Made by a program: the position numbers and the translations under genes
The notes under the pieces: model-generated
Told to the model about the DNA's origin: nothing
Database searches by the model: none
Seen by the model: the letters and a program-made list of their open reading frames with translations, nothing else
Part shown: positions 39,884 through 49,336 of the stretch, in pieces
Layout of the letters: the number at the start of each line of letters is the position of its first letter
Position numbering within the stretch: position 1 is the stretch's first letter
Assembly (NCBI GenBank): GCA_963845535.1
Contig: CAWJSK010000012.1
Span: 672,001 to 736,000, forward strand
Direction: 5' to 3'
DNA length: 64,000 nt
Source of the DNA: an uncultured Spirochaetota bacterium
GTDB lineage: Bacteria; Spirochaetota; Spirochaetia; SZUA-6; Fen-1364

Positions 39884-40393
39884 ATGAAAACCAGGCGCAT
39901 ATCGGCAGTTCTGGCAGCTGCAGTACTCCTGGCCTTGGCGCTCGCAAGCTGCAATCTGAACCCCGTGGTTTCCATCGATCAGCGTGTTTCTAATTTTGCT
40001 TCAGATTTGAATAGTAATAGAAGCAACGCTTACCAGGATTTCCATCCAGACCAGACCACGATGTACCAGACTCTGGCTAATTCCACCTTTACATTCGACA
40101 GCTATTTTCCCGCCGGCTCTCCTTCGTATGCATTTCAAATCACAGACGAATCCTCGCCTTCGACCGGCGTTTTCGTAACTATCGTAGGCGCGCCCAGTGG
40201 TTATGGAAGTAATATTTATCTGAAGCTCATAATGGCCACGTACAAGGACACAGACTGGCGAATCGTGCAGTTGTCTAGATCGGCCATCAGCCGGGAGTTT
40301 CGGCTCGGCAATAATCTACTGACAGCATTGCTGGAGCAGTTTCACAGCAGTGAGAATATAGAGATCATTTTCGAACGTGGAGAGGGTCCATGA
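39884..40393 (+). CDS. Hypothetical lipoprotein; C-terminus uncertain
   Basis: GGAGG RBS; lipobox LALASC. Confidence 0.7.
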   Translation: MKTRRISAVLAAAVLLALALASCNLNPVVSIDQRVSNFASDLNSNRSNAYQDFHPDQTTMYQTLANSTFTFDSYFPAGSPSYAFQITDESSPSTGVFVTIVGAPSGYGSNIYLKLIMATYKDTDWRIVQLSRSAISREFRLGNNLLTALLEQFHSSENIEIIFERGEGP

Positions 40394-40980
40394 AAAAAAC
40401 CGGCTTGCTGATCGAAAAGAATGCACTGGTAGCTATCGCGGTCCTCGCCATTCTCGGATGCGGCTCGCCCTCCATCACCGCGCCGTCCGTCAGTGACGCC
40501 AAGAACGCAAGGGACGCCGCGCTGCAGGTCGTAAACGCCGCCCAGTCTAACGTGAGCTCCCTTCCGTTCAATGCGAGCGGGCCTTCCACTTTCACTTCGA
40601 GTATTCTGGACAGTACCAAAGCCGGCTCCCTTTTTGCAACATCCAAGTTCAGTGCAAACCCACTCCAAGGCCCTTACACGGACGAAGTATCAGTAACTCT
40701 GGCGAACTGGCACGATCAGACTTCGGGCTACATATTTGTTGGGACCGTATCAGCCACATTCGTCAGCTCCGTAGCGGTTCATGATGTGACAACCTTCCCT
40801 CAGACAATTTCTGACTCGATTGACGCCAACCTCACGCTCTATGGAGGAAACATCTCGACCCTGAGATGCAACTATTCGGAGACCGTCAGTGTCTTTCTCG
40901 TGGCGCCATTCTTTTCCGATGTCATCACGGGGACGGTAACTGCCAACGGATATTCATTCGACGTGAACACGCTGCAATAG
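40390..40980 (+). CDS. Hypothetical Ser/Thr-rich beta-strand lipoprotein
   Basis: GGAG RBS; lipobox ILGC. Confidence 0.72.
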   Translation: MKKTGLLIEKNALVAIAVLAILGCGSPSITAPSVSDAKNARDAALQVVNAAQSNVSSLPFNASGPSTFTSSILDSTKAGSLFATSKFSANPLQGPYTDEVSVTLANWHDQTSGYIFVGTVSATFVSSVAVHDVTTFPQTISDSIDANLTLYGGNISTLRCNYSETVSVFLVAPFFSDVITGTVTANGYSFDVNTLQ

Positions 40981-40999
40981 TCACGCCCCCTCTCTGCCC

Positions 41000-42157
41000 C
41001 TACAGCGGCTTGGTTCCTTCGCCCATGGTATCAAGAAGCTCTCCGTAAGCGAACACCCGGTCCCGCCGCTTCCCCGTTATTTCTCTGACAATGCCCGCCT
41101 CTGCCAGAGCGGAGAAGACTTTGCGCACCGTATTGGGCACGAGTCCCGTCACTTTGCTCATGCGGGCAATGGTTGTCAGCGGATGAGCCAGCAGCTCCTG
41201 GTGTACGAGCGTGGCGCTCCCAGCAATCCTGCCGAGCTCCATTATCCTTGCGCGATCCACGCGCGCAAGTCGGTTGGTCTTCTCTGCGGTGGCGGTACAC
41301 TGATCTGCGGTTTCCTTGACTGCTCTCGCAAAGAACTCAAGCCATGCTTCCCAGTTGCCCTCAACGCGAACCGCCTGCAGCAGGTCGTAATACGTTTGGC
41401 GATGGTTCTTGAAGTACAGGCTGAGGAACAGGATCGGATCATGCAGGATCTGATCCGAGCAAAGTACGAGAGAAATGAGAAGCCGTCCGAGCCTGCCATT
41501 GCCATCCAGAAAAGGATGGATGGTCTCGAACTGCACGTGGGCAAGTGCCGCCTTGATGAGCGAAGGCGTCTTTGCCGGCTTGTCATGGAGGAACAGCTCC
41601 AGGTCGGCCATGCAGGGCTCGATGTGATCCACGGGCGGAGGGACGAATACCGCAAGGGCAGGCCTCGCTCCGCCGATCCAGTTCTGACTTCGTCGGAAGT
41701 TGCCGGGGTCCTTGCCGCTTCCCCGCCCGTCGGACAGGAGCACTCCATGGACTTCGCGCAGGAGGCGATTGGAAAGGGGGAAGCCGGAGCGCATCCGCAG
41801 GATGCCGTGTTCCAGTGCGGCCACGTAGTGCGAGACTTCGGCCACGTCGACAAGCGGGACGCCGGGTGCCTCCTCGATCTCAAAGAGGAGGAGGTCTGAG
41901 AGGGATGATTGGGTGCCCTCTATCTGTGAGGAAAGCACTGCTTCTTTCCGGACGTAAAGGTAGAGGAGCAGGTTGCTGTCAGGAAGAAAGACAGAAGATG
42001 CGGAAAGCCTGCCCAGCGAAAGAAGCGCCTGGTCGAGCTTTTCCCGCAGGTCGGCGTCGATGGTGAGCTCAGGCGGCAGAGGATTGGGCACAAATGCCCT
42101 GACTGTCTCTTCGCCCGTTGAGGACTCTATGTAGCGACCTGTGGGGGAGTGCTTCAT
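41000..42157 (-). CDS. Fic family protein with N-terminal inhibitory helix and C-terminal wHTH
   Basis: Canonical HPFLDGNGRLGR; SSQIEG inhibitory motif; tail REITGKRRDRVFAY. Confidence 0.93.
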   Translation of the reverse strand: MKHSPTGRYIESSTGEETVRAFVPNPLPPELTIDADLREKLDQALLSLGRLSASSVFLPDSNLLLYLYVRKEAVLSSQIEGTQSSLSDLLLFEIEEAPGVPLVDVAEVSHYVAALEHGILRMRSGFPLSNRLLREVHGVLLSDGRGSGKDPGNFRRSQNWIGGARPALAVFVPPPVDHIEPCMADLELFLHDKPAKTPSLIKAALAHVQFETIHPFLDGNGRLGRLLISLVLCSDQILHDPILFLSLYFKNHRQTYYDLLQAVRVEGNWEAWLEFFARAVKETADQCTATAEKTNRLARVDRARIMELGRIAGSATLVHQELLAHPLTTIARMSKVTGLVPNTVRKVFSALAEAGIVREITGKRRDRVFAYGELLDTMGEGTKPL

Positions 42158-42171
42158 CTCGCTTATCTCAT

Positions 42172-42224
42172 TTATTGCATTAGCTTCCACAGTTATTGCA
42201 CGAAAGGCCAATATCGTGCAATAA
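42172..42224. promoter_or_regulatory. Palindromic operator upstream of fic
   Basis: TTATTGCACGA-N10-TCGTGCAATAA (42193-42224) plus an extra TTATTGCA at 42172. Confidence 0.65.
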
Positions 42225-42389
42225 GGGGTGCCTATTGGCCCTGCGGCCATTCCTCCAGGCCGGTTCTGACGATCTTTTCGCAGTGTCGAAATAGAAACGA
42301 CAGACTGGATGTTTACCATCGTTCAGCAATCGTTCGGGACTCTTTTGTGATCTTCCCGACTTACAATCGTAGCCGAGGAGGGTCGCATT

Positions 42390-43420
42390 TTGACATCACG
42401 CGCAAAGGCTTCCCTGTCTGTTTTTGTCCTGGTTCTTTCTGCGCTCCCAACTCTGTTTGCGGAGCAGCAAGAGCAGCGAGCGCCGGCAGGCTTCGCCGTC
42501 GTGGAGCTGTTCACCTCCGAAGGTTGCTCAAGCTGCCCGCCGGCAGACGAGGCGCTCTCAAAGCTCGTTCGTGAAGCTGATCAGCAGAAGCTCCCCATCT
42601 ACGCTTTGGAATGGCACGTGGACTACTGGGATTACCTCGGGTGGAAGGACCGCTGGGACTCACGCTTTGCAACGCAGCGCCAGTACGCCTACGCCCGCGT
42701 CCTGCCGTCTTCGGTGTACACGCCACAAGTGGTCATCAACGGGCGCACGGTGCCCGCTTATGCCGGAGACCTGCATGAGCTTGAAGCGGACGCTCGTTCG
42801 GAAGCCAATCACCCCGCGGAGGGGACATTAGGCCTGACTGCTCGCCAGGAATCTCCCACGTCGGTCCGGATCAACTTGAGTGTGGCGGGCTCTCCCGCGG
42901 ACGCGAAGGTTCTTCTGGTCGAGGTTGAAGGCGATCTCAAGGCGAAGCCGACCGCCGGTGAGAATGCGGGGCGCAGCCTTGTGCATTCAAATGTCGTGAG
43001 GGCTGCGCAGATTGTGCCAGCCGCAAGCGGGGAAGTGATGATGGAAGTCCCGCCCTCGAGCCCGGGGACGACGCGTCGCATCATCGCCCTATTGCAGAAT
43101 CCTTCAACCCTGCGCATCTTCGCCGCAGCCGCGGCGTCACTGGCGCCGAGCAACGGAAGTGAGCTAAGCGGCAGGATATCGACGCTGCGGGAAAGCCCGT
43201 GTCGGGAGCGCTGATACAGGCTTGCAGCGGACGGTTGTGCATTCCAGCAACCACGGATGCAGCGGGGTACTTCACGCTCGCCGGAATGCAGCCGGGAAGC
43301 TACGAGATCGATTTCGCTTCGTCAGCAGCGGCGAGCATCCGCTATTTCGAACATCCGGCGGCAATCCAGATCGAGAAGACTGTTTGGCGGTCCGCGGCGA
43401 ACGCCGGAAAATCCGATTGA
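42390..43420 (+). CDS. Exported DUF1223 thioredoxin-like protein with a C-terminal carboxypeptidase-regulatory-like domain (frameshift near 43180)
   Basis: VVELFTSEGCSSCPPAD, HVDYWDYLGWKD, YTPQ, GENAGR. After the shift: DAAGKPVSGALIQ..TTDAAGYFTLAGMQPGSY. Confidence 0.82.
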
Positions 43421-43490
43421 ACAGAATCTTTATTCATTCGTGACCCCCTCGTGACAACTCGATCATAGCTTGAGACCTCACGGAGGTGTT

Positions 43491-44519
43491 ATGAAAGGCA
43501 TTACAGGAATCTTAGCCCCGTTTGGAGTGCTCGCCGTGACGGTCTCAGTCGCGTTGAGCGGCTGCTCTTCCACCGGGGGATCAATGGCGGGAACGCAGGG
43601 GACCATGGGACAGCAGCAGCCGATGGCAGGGTCAATGCATCCCATGATGGCGATGGATCCGATGAAGGCTGAGCACGCAGTCATTGACAGGTTCAGCTCC
43701 GCGGCGGGCCATCTTCAGATGCGTGACAGCATGAACCATCTGCCCGGGCCCAACCAACCGGTGGACTTCGATGTGCCGCCGTTTGTGACAACGGGGCTCG
43801 GTCCACACGGCGAAGTAGTCACCTACTACAACTTCGACGTGCAGTCCACCACGCCGGCACCGATCTATGTCCTCTTCCGCAAGGGGGAAACCGCTCCGGT
43901 TGCCGGACAGCTAAATATCGTCGACGTCATTCCCGGCGACCCGGGGTACAACGACTTCTGGCAAGTCACAAAAGTCACCGTACCCGCTGACTATGTTGCG
44001 AACACCGTGGGGAGCCTGAAAGCGATCAAAGACGCGGGCTACGCCGTCGAACCGACGAGCACGCTTGTCAACTGCCCCGTTGTTCCGGACGGCTCCACGG
44101 CGGTCCATCGCCTGAGCGGCAGTGACACGGGGCTGCACAACGGCTGGTACCGCAACAAGATCGTTTCATACTTCAACTTCAGCGAGGCGCCGCTCATGGT
44201 GACGGCGGACGGGATGGTCCCCGTCTCTCCCATATACGTGTCCTTCAACGTCAACCCGGGCAACCCCAACGGCGGGCCCGCCTCAGGGTTCAAAATGGTC
44301 ATGGGGACGATGCAGACCCACAATGTGGTTTCGACGCTGCCGGGTGACATGGAGTATTCACCCCTTTGGCTCGTGAACCCGTATGACAACATGGCATTCA
44401 ACAGTGTAATGAACCTCGACACCGCAATGAGCTCGAAAGTACTCGCGCGAGGCGTCGCAACGGTGAACTGCCCGGTCTTCTCCATCCAGAAAATGCCCAT
44501 GGGAACCATGAGCAAGTAG
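43491..44519 (+). CDS. Lipoprotein with a Met-rich N-terminus and two tandem copies of an uncharacterised domain
   Basis: GGAGG RBS; LSGC; repeats YYNF..PIYV..PGDPGYNDFW..VNCP and YFNF..PIYV..PGDMEYSPLW..VNCP. Confidence 0.8.
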   Translation: MKGITGILAPFGVLAVTVSVALSGCSSTGGSMAGTQGTMGQQQPMAGSMHPMMAMDPMKAEHAVIDRFSSAAGHLQMRDSMNHLPGPNQPVDFDVPPFVTTGLGPHGEVVTYYNFDVQSTTPAPIYVLFRKGETAPVAGQLNIVDVIPGDPGYNDFWQVTKVTVPADYVANTVGSLKAIKDAGYAVEPTSTLVNCPVVPDGSTAVHRLSGSDTGLHNGWYRNKIVSYFNFSEAPLMVTADGMVPVSPIYVSFNVNPGNPNGGPASGFKMVMGTMQTHNVVSTLPGDMEYSPLWLVNPYDNMAFNSVMNLDTAMSSKVLARGVATVNCPVFSIQKMPMGTMSK

Positions 44520-44529
44520 CAAAGCCGAA

Positions 44530-44566
44530 GGGAGCGTCGCCGCCGCGTTTGGGGCGTAACGCTCCC
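44530..44566. terminator. GC-rich hairpin between convergent genes
   Basis: GGGAGCGT / ACGCTCCC inverted repeat; no U-tract. Confidence 0.4.
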
Positions 44567-44612
44567 ACTCCCCGCGCTCGCGCCCGCGTCCCCGCTCGCG
44601 GACCAAGGAGGT

Positions 44613-46049
44613 CTATCCCGCGGTCACCTTCAACTCTCGGGCAGCCCTGACTTCGTCCAGACGTCGGACAGGGGACGTGTGCGGCGCCTCATGCAGCAAC
44701 TCAGGATGCGTAGAGGCCTCTTTGGCAATCTCCAGAAGCGCGTCAGCGAACTTGTCCAGGGTTTCCACGCTTTCGGTTTCCGTCGGCTCGATCATGAGCG
44801 CCTCCGGCACGATCAGCGGGAAATAGTTCGTCGGGGGATGGAAACCGTAGTCAATGAGGCGCTTGGAAACGTCCAGCGCCCGAATGTCGGGCGCCTCGGC
44901 AAACTTCCCCTGCGCCACAAACTCGTGCATGCACGTCCTGTCACCATGGGGAATGGGGTAAGCGCCTTTCAGCCGCGCCTGCAGGTAGTTGGCGTTCAGC
45001 ACCGCATTTTCAGCAACAGCGCGCAGGCCCTCGGCGCCGAGCATGCGGATATACACGTAGGCGCGCACGAGGATGCCGAAGTTGCCGTGGAAGCTCTTGA
45101 TTCGGCCGATGGATTTCGCGGGCATGCACCAATCGTAGGGCGCCTGCGCGGACGCCCTCCTGACAATCGGTCCCGGCAGATAGTCGGCAAGCATCTGCGT
45201 CACGCCCACCGCGCCCGCTCCCGGGCCGCCGCCCCCGTGCGGGGTGGAGAACGTCTTGTGGAGGTTGAAATGCATCACGTCAATCCCCATGGTCCCGGGG
45301 CGGGCCACTCCGAGGATGGCGTTGAAGTTTGCCCCGTCCCCGTACACCAGACCGCCGGCTTCATGCACGAGCCGTGTGACCTCCAGGAGGTTCTCTTCAA
45401 ACAGGCCGAGCGTGTTCGGGTTTGTCAGCATGAGCCCGGCAACGCAATCATCAAGGCTCGCCTTCAAGCGGCTCAAGTCGATGTTGCCCCTGGCGTCGGA
45501 GGGGATCTCCACCACTTCCAGGCCGGCCATTGCCGTGGAGGCGGGATTGGTGCCGTGGGCGGAGTCAGGGACGAGGATCCGGGTGCGCCCCGTCTGCCCG
45601 CGGTCGGCGTGGTACTTGCGCACAATGAGGATGCCCGTCAGCTCCCCATGGGCGCCGGCGGACGGCTGGAGGGACACCGCGGCAAAGCCGCCGATCTCCG
45701 CGATCATGGACTGGAGGGAGTGCATGACGGCCATGGCGCCCTGCGACGTAGCCGCGTCCTGCAGCGGGTGCAACCCCGCAAACCCCGGAATGCCCGCCGC
45801 GGCGTCATTTGCCTTCGGGTTGTATTTCATCGTACATGAGCCCAAAGGATAGAACCCCGTGTCCACGGCATAATTGAGCTGCGAAAGCCGGACGTAGTGG
45901 CGCACAAGGTCTATCTCTGAGACCTCGGGGAGGGAGAGCTCCGTCCGGCAGAGGTCTGACGGGATGGAAGTCTCCGGCACGTCGCATGCGGGAAGGGATA
46001 CCCCTTCCCTCCCTTTGCGGGAGATCTCGAAAATGAGCGGCTCAGGCAT
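44613..46049 (-). CDS. gcvPB: Glycine dehydrogenase (decarboxylating) subunit 2
   Basis: [52 protein letters not shown]. Confidence 0.96.
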   Translation of the reverse strand: MPEPLIFEISRKGREGVSLPACDVPETSIPSDLCRTELSLPEVSEIDLVRHYVRLSQLNYAVDTGFYPLGSCTMKYNPKANDAAAGIPGFAGLHPLQDAATSQGAMAVMHSLQSMIAEIGGFAAVSLQPSAGAHGELTGILIVRKYHADRGQTGRTRILVPDSAHGTNPASTAMAGLEVVEIPSDARGNIDLSRLKASLDDCVAGLMLTNPNTLGLFEENLLEVTRLVHEAGGLVYGDGANFNAILGVARPGTMGIDVMHFNLHKTFSTPHGGGGPGAGAVGVTQMLADYLPGPIVRRASAQAPYDWCMPAKSIGRIKSFHGNFGILVRAYVYIRMLGAEGLRAVAENAVLNANYLQARLKGAYPIPHGDRTCMHEFVAQGKFAEAPDIRALDVSKRLIDYGFHPPTNYFPLIVPEALMIEPTETESVETLDKFADALLEIAKEASTHPELLHEAPHTSPVRRLDEVRAARELKVTAG

Positions 46050-47395
46050 GACGGCAATCCTCCAGGGCCCCGACAAATCGATCGATCTGATCCTTGGTGT
46101 TCACCTCGGTGCAGCATACGAGCATGGCATTCTTCATCTCAGGATAATCCGCGTCCAGGTCATAGCCCCCAATGATCCCGTGCTTCTGGAAAAGCCTTTC
46201 GTTGATCCGCTTGACGGGCACCGGACATTGCACCACGAACTCGTGGAAGAACTGCTCACGCGCAATCGAGTAGCCGGAAAGCTTGCCGATGGCGGATGCG
46301 GCGTAATGCGCTTTGTGCCAGCACAGCTCCGCCACTCGCCGCAATCCCCGAGGGCCCAGAGACGCCATGTACACCGCGGCCGTAAGCGCGTTCAGCGACT
46401 GGTTGGTGCAGATGTTCGAGGTGGCTTTTTCTCTCCTGATGTGCTGTTCGCGAGTGCTGAGCGTGAAGACGTAGCTCCTTCTGCCGTCATGGTCAGCCGT
46501 CTCCCCGGCAATCCTTCCGCTGGACCTGCGGATATGGTCCCTTCGAAACGCGAAGAAGCCCAGGTACGGCCCCCCGAAAGACAGGTGGTTTCCCAGGGCC
46601 TGGCCTTCGCCTGCCACCACGTCCGCTCCCAATTCCCCCGGGGGCACGAGGAGGCCGAGGGCAATCGGATTGGCAACAACGATCAGCAGCGCGCCGCAGG
46701 CATGCACTTTTCGGGCAAGATCGGAGAGCTGCCCGTGCTGGGGGATCCTCCCCAGAAAGTCAGGGTATTGCACCATGACGCACGCAGTGGACTCATCACA
46801 CAAAGACCCGAGCCGCTCGAGACCATTTGCCAGGCTCTCATCCCCGCCCAATGTGAGCCCCATGCCTTGCGTATACGTGCGGATCACGGCGCGGTATTGC
46901 GGGTTTACCCCAGGGGAAAGGAGCACGCGCCGCCTTTCCTTCTGTGCCACGTTCAGCGCCATGATGACCGCCTCCGCCGCGGAGGTGGCGCCGTCATAGT
47001 GGGACGCGTTGGAAACCTCCATCCCCGTGAGGCGCGCAATCATGCTCTGGTATTCGAAGATGGCTTGCAGCGTGCCCTGGCTGATCTCCGGCTGATACGG
47101 GGTGTAGGCTGTTGCAAACTCGGAGCGAGAAACCACGGCATCCACCACGGCCGGTATGAAGTGTTGGTAGGCGCCCCCGCCCAGGAAAGAAGGGGTCACG
47201 CCCCCCTGCGCGTTCGAGGCGGGCCAATGTCTCCATCTCGCTCAGGACCTCCTGCTCGGAAAGAGCCGCGGGAAGATCGAGGCGGGGGAAACGATGCTCC
47301 TTCGGCACGTCGTGAAAAAGCTCCTCAGGAGAAGCGACACCAACGGCTTCCAGCATGCGCGCGCGGTCGGCGTCCGTGTTGGGGATGAAGCTCAT
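46042..47395 (-). CDS. gcvPA: Glycine dehydrogenase subunit 1 (single +1 frameshift near 47222)
   Basis: MSFIPNT..; [38 protein letters not shown]. Removing one C from GCCCGCC restores the frame. Confidence 0.93.
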
Positions 47396-47790
47396 AGCGT
47401 TTCCACGAACTTCCTGTACGCGGCAAGGTCCATGAGGGAATCGAGCTCCTTCGCATTGCCCAGGCGCACGCGCACCAGCCACCCCTCGCCGAAGGGGTCC
47501 TTGTTCACCAGCTCGGGTGACTTGACGAGCTTCTCATTGCGCGCCGTGACGGTCCCCGACACGGGGGCAAAAACGTCCTCCGCGGCTTTCACGGATTCGA
47601 TCACCATGAATGGCTTCTCCTTCGCGATCTCCTTGCCCACGGCCGGAAGGTCCGTGAAGACCACGTCGGAGAGCTTGTCCTGGGCATAGTCGCTGATGCC
47701 CACCACTGCCTCGTTTCCCTCCACCCGCACCCACTCGTGGGTCTTCGAGTAGCGCACCGTCTCGTCGAATCGATACTCCATCCCTGTCAC
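47392..47790 (-). CDS. gcvH: Glycine cleavage H protein
   Basis: THEWV, GISDYAQ, ESVKA (lipoyl Lys), VNKDPFGEGW. Confidence 0.96.
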   Translation of the reverse strand: MTGMEYRFDETVRYSKTHEWVRVEGNEAVVGISDYAQDKLSDVVFTDLPAVGKEIAKEKPFMVIESVKAAEDVFAPVSGTVTARNEKLVKSPELVNKDPFGEGWLVRVRLGNAKELDSLMDLAAYRKFVETL

Positions 47791-48884
47791 CTCCAGTGGG
47801 GCGATGTGTAGAATGGCCGCTTCACGATCCGCGCGGCCTTTGGCGAATCCCTGATCACGATCTGCGCTTCGCAGCCAATCTCCGCAAAGGCGCTTTCCAC
47901 GTAACCCATGCCCAGGAAACGACCCGTGGACGGGCTTGCAAGGCCTGTTGTCACGCGTCCGATCTTCCTGTTCCCCGCATGGATGGCGTAACCCTGGCGC
48001 GGGACCCCCTGGTCCACCATTTCGAACCCTGCAAGCCGATGCGCGAGAGGCCTTGCCAGCACGCCGGCCAGCGCCTGCTTGCCCACGAACTCGTGGCCGT
48101 CCATGCAGACCGCGGCCCGGGCGAGGCCCGCGCTGATGGGGTCCGTGCTTTCATCGATCTCATGGCCGTAGAGGGGCAGGCATGCTTCCGCCCGCAGGGA
48201 GTCGCGTGCGCCAAGACCGCACGGGAGCAGTCCGCGGGCCTCGCCCGCCGTGAGGATGCGGGCCCAGAGGCGCTCAGAATCTCCGGCGGGCAGCAGCATC
48301 TCGCAGCCGGGCTCACCGGTATATCCCGTGGTGCACAGGATGGAAGGCGCCCCAAGAATGCGGCACTCCCTGACACGGTGGAATCCCATCTCATCGATGT
48401 CCATCCCGTCGCACAATGGCTTGAGGATTTCCCGGGCGGCGGGGCCCTGGAGCGCGAGCATGCACGTGTCTTCTCCGCGATTCTTCAGAGAGACCTTCAT
48501 CCCCGCGCATTTCGACTGAAGCCACGCGAGGTCCTTGGGAGTGTTGGAAGCATTGACGATCACAAGCCATGTCTTCGGAAGATGGTAGAGGAAAATGTCG
48601 TCAATGATGCCGCCGGATTCGGAGCACAGCAGGCTGTAGTGCGCGCGACCCTCCGCAATGCGGGAGGCGTCCCACGTCTGGATCCGCTGGAGAAACTCCA
48701 GGGCATCCGGACCGGAGACCTCGAATCTCCCCATGTGGTCGATGTCGAACAGCCCAGCGGCGGAGCGGACTCGAAGATGCTCTTCACGAGGGCCCGTGGC
48801 GTATTGGATGGGCATATCCCATCCGCTGAAATCGATCATCCGAGCGCCGGACCGCACGTGCCAGTCATGCAGTTTTGTCTGCAT
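47787..48884 (-). CDS. gcvT: Glycine cleavage aminomethyltransferase
   Basis: FSGWDMP, FDIDHMG, ALQGP, GYTGE, GLGARDSLRAEA..LYGHE. Confidence 0.96.
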   Translation of the reverse strand: MQTKLHDWHVRSGARMIDFSGWDMPIQYATGPREEHLRVRSAAGLFDIDHMGRFEVSGPDALEFLQRIQTWDASRIAEGRAHYSLLCSESGGIIDDIFLYHLPKTWLVIVNASNTPKDLAWLQSKCAGMKVSLKNRGEDTCMLALQGPAAREILKPLCDGMDIDEMGFHRVRECRILGAPSILCTTGYTGEPGCEMLLPAGDSERLWARILTAGEARGLLPCGLGARDSLRAEACLPLYGHEIDESTDPISAGLARAAVCMDGHEFVGKQALAGVLARPLAHRLAGFEMVDQGVPRQGYAIHAGNRKIGRVTTGLASPSTGRFLGMGYVESAFAEIGCEAQIVIRDSPKAARIVKRPFYTSPHWR

Positions 48885-48921
48885 GCAACCTCCCCTTCAC
48901 GCCCCGGGCGGGGCGCATCAC

Positions 48922-48957
48922 AAAAAGAGGAGAACGGAATTGTTCCCGTTCTCCTCT
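48922..48957 (-). terminator. Intrinsic terminator of the riboswitch expression platform
   Basis: Minus strand AGAGGAGAACGG-loop-CCGTTCTCCTCT-TTTT; its 5' arm overlaps the aptamer 2 P1 strand ACAGAG. Confidence 0.88.
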
Positions 48958-49215
48958 GTCATGTGCCTGAGAGATTGCCCCCGCACGACGGCCGCTTTGA
49001 CACTCAGAGTCTTCTGCGCCCTGCACGGGGATTGCCCCTTCGGCGGCCCGCCGTCCCTCGAGGGAGCTGGCGCGGCAACTTTCCAGAGTGCTGTCCCAGC
49101 GCGATCCTTCTGCCTGAGAGTTTCAGCGGCCCGTGTGCCGGCCCGCTGTTTGCCCCTTCGGCGACCTTGTACGCGGGCCACGCGCCCGCCACGGTTCTCT
49201 CTCGTACTGTTCTTC
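48953..49215 (-). ncRNA. Tandem glycine riboswitch
   Basis: Two copies of GAGAGA/GGAAAG..CGCCGAAGGGGCAA..CTCTCAGGCA directly upstream of gcvT. Confidence 0.95.
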
Positions 49216-49231
49216 CAGCCGGACTTCCGGC

Positions 49232-49260
49232 ACGGTATCACGGAGCGCGGGAGCCGTCAA
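49232..49260 (-). promoter_or_regulatory. sigma70 promoter of the gcv leader
   Basis: TTGACG-N17-TACCGT with extended TG. Confidence 0.65.
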
Positions 49261-49313
49261 GCTGACGGCGCTGAGGGCGTGCTGAGGGCGCTGAGGGTGA
49301 CTGAGCTGACGGT
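49261..49313. repeat. Five degenerate 9-mer direct repeats GCTGA(C/G)GG(C/T)
   Basis: Copies start at 49261, 49270, 49281, 49290 and 49305. Confidence 0.8.
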
Positions 49314-49336
49314 GATTGCGTCGAGGGGCGCCATCA

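Noticed and set aside
40981..42330. Fic gene as a mobile element
   Set aside because: No terminal repeats, target duplication or recombinase seen.
33841..42370. Shared GTGATC-N15-CGT motif upstream of the Lipoprotein_15 (33841-33864, minus) and DUF1223 (42347-42370) genes as an ECF promoter
   Set aside because: Only two short matches, no ECF sigma gene in the window, and a TACAAT sigma70 -10 explains the second site.
47200..47230. Programmed frameshift in gcvPA
   Set aside because: No slippery heptamer; one extra C fits the error pattern seen across the window.
44679..49265. Long plus-strand ORFs opposite the gcv genes
   Set aside because: Antisense to gcvPB/PA/T and the riboswitch; no family signal.
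49261..49313. CRISPR-like array
   Set aside because: The units are 9 bp with no spacers, and there are no cas genes.
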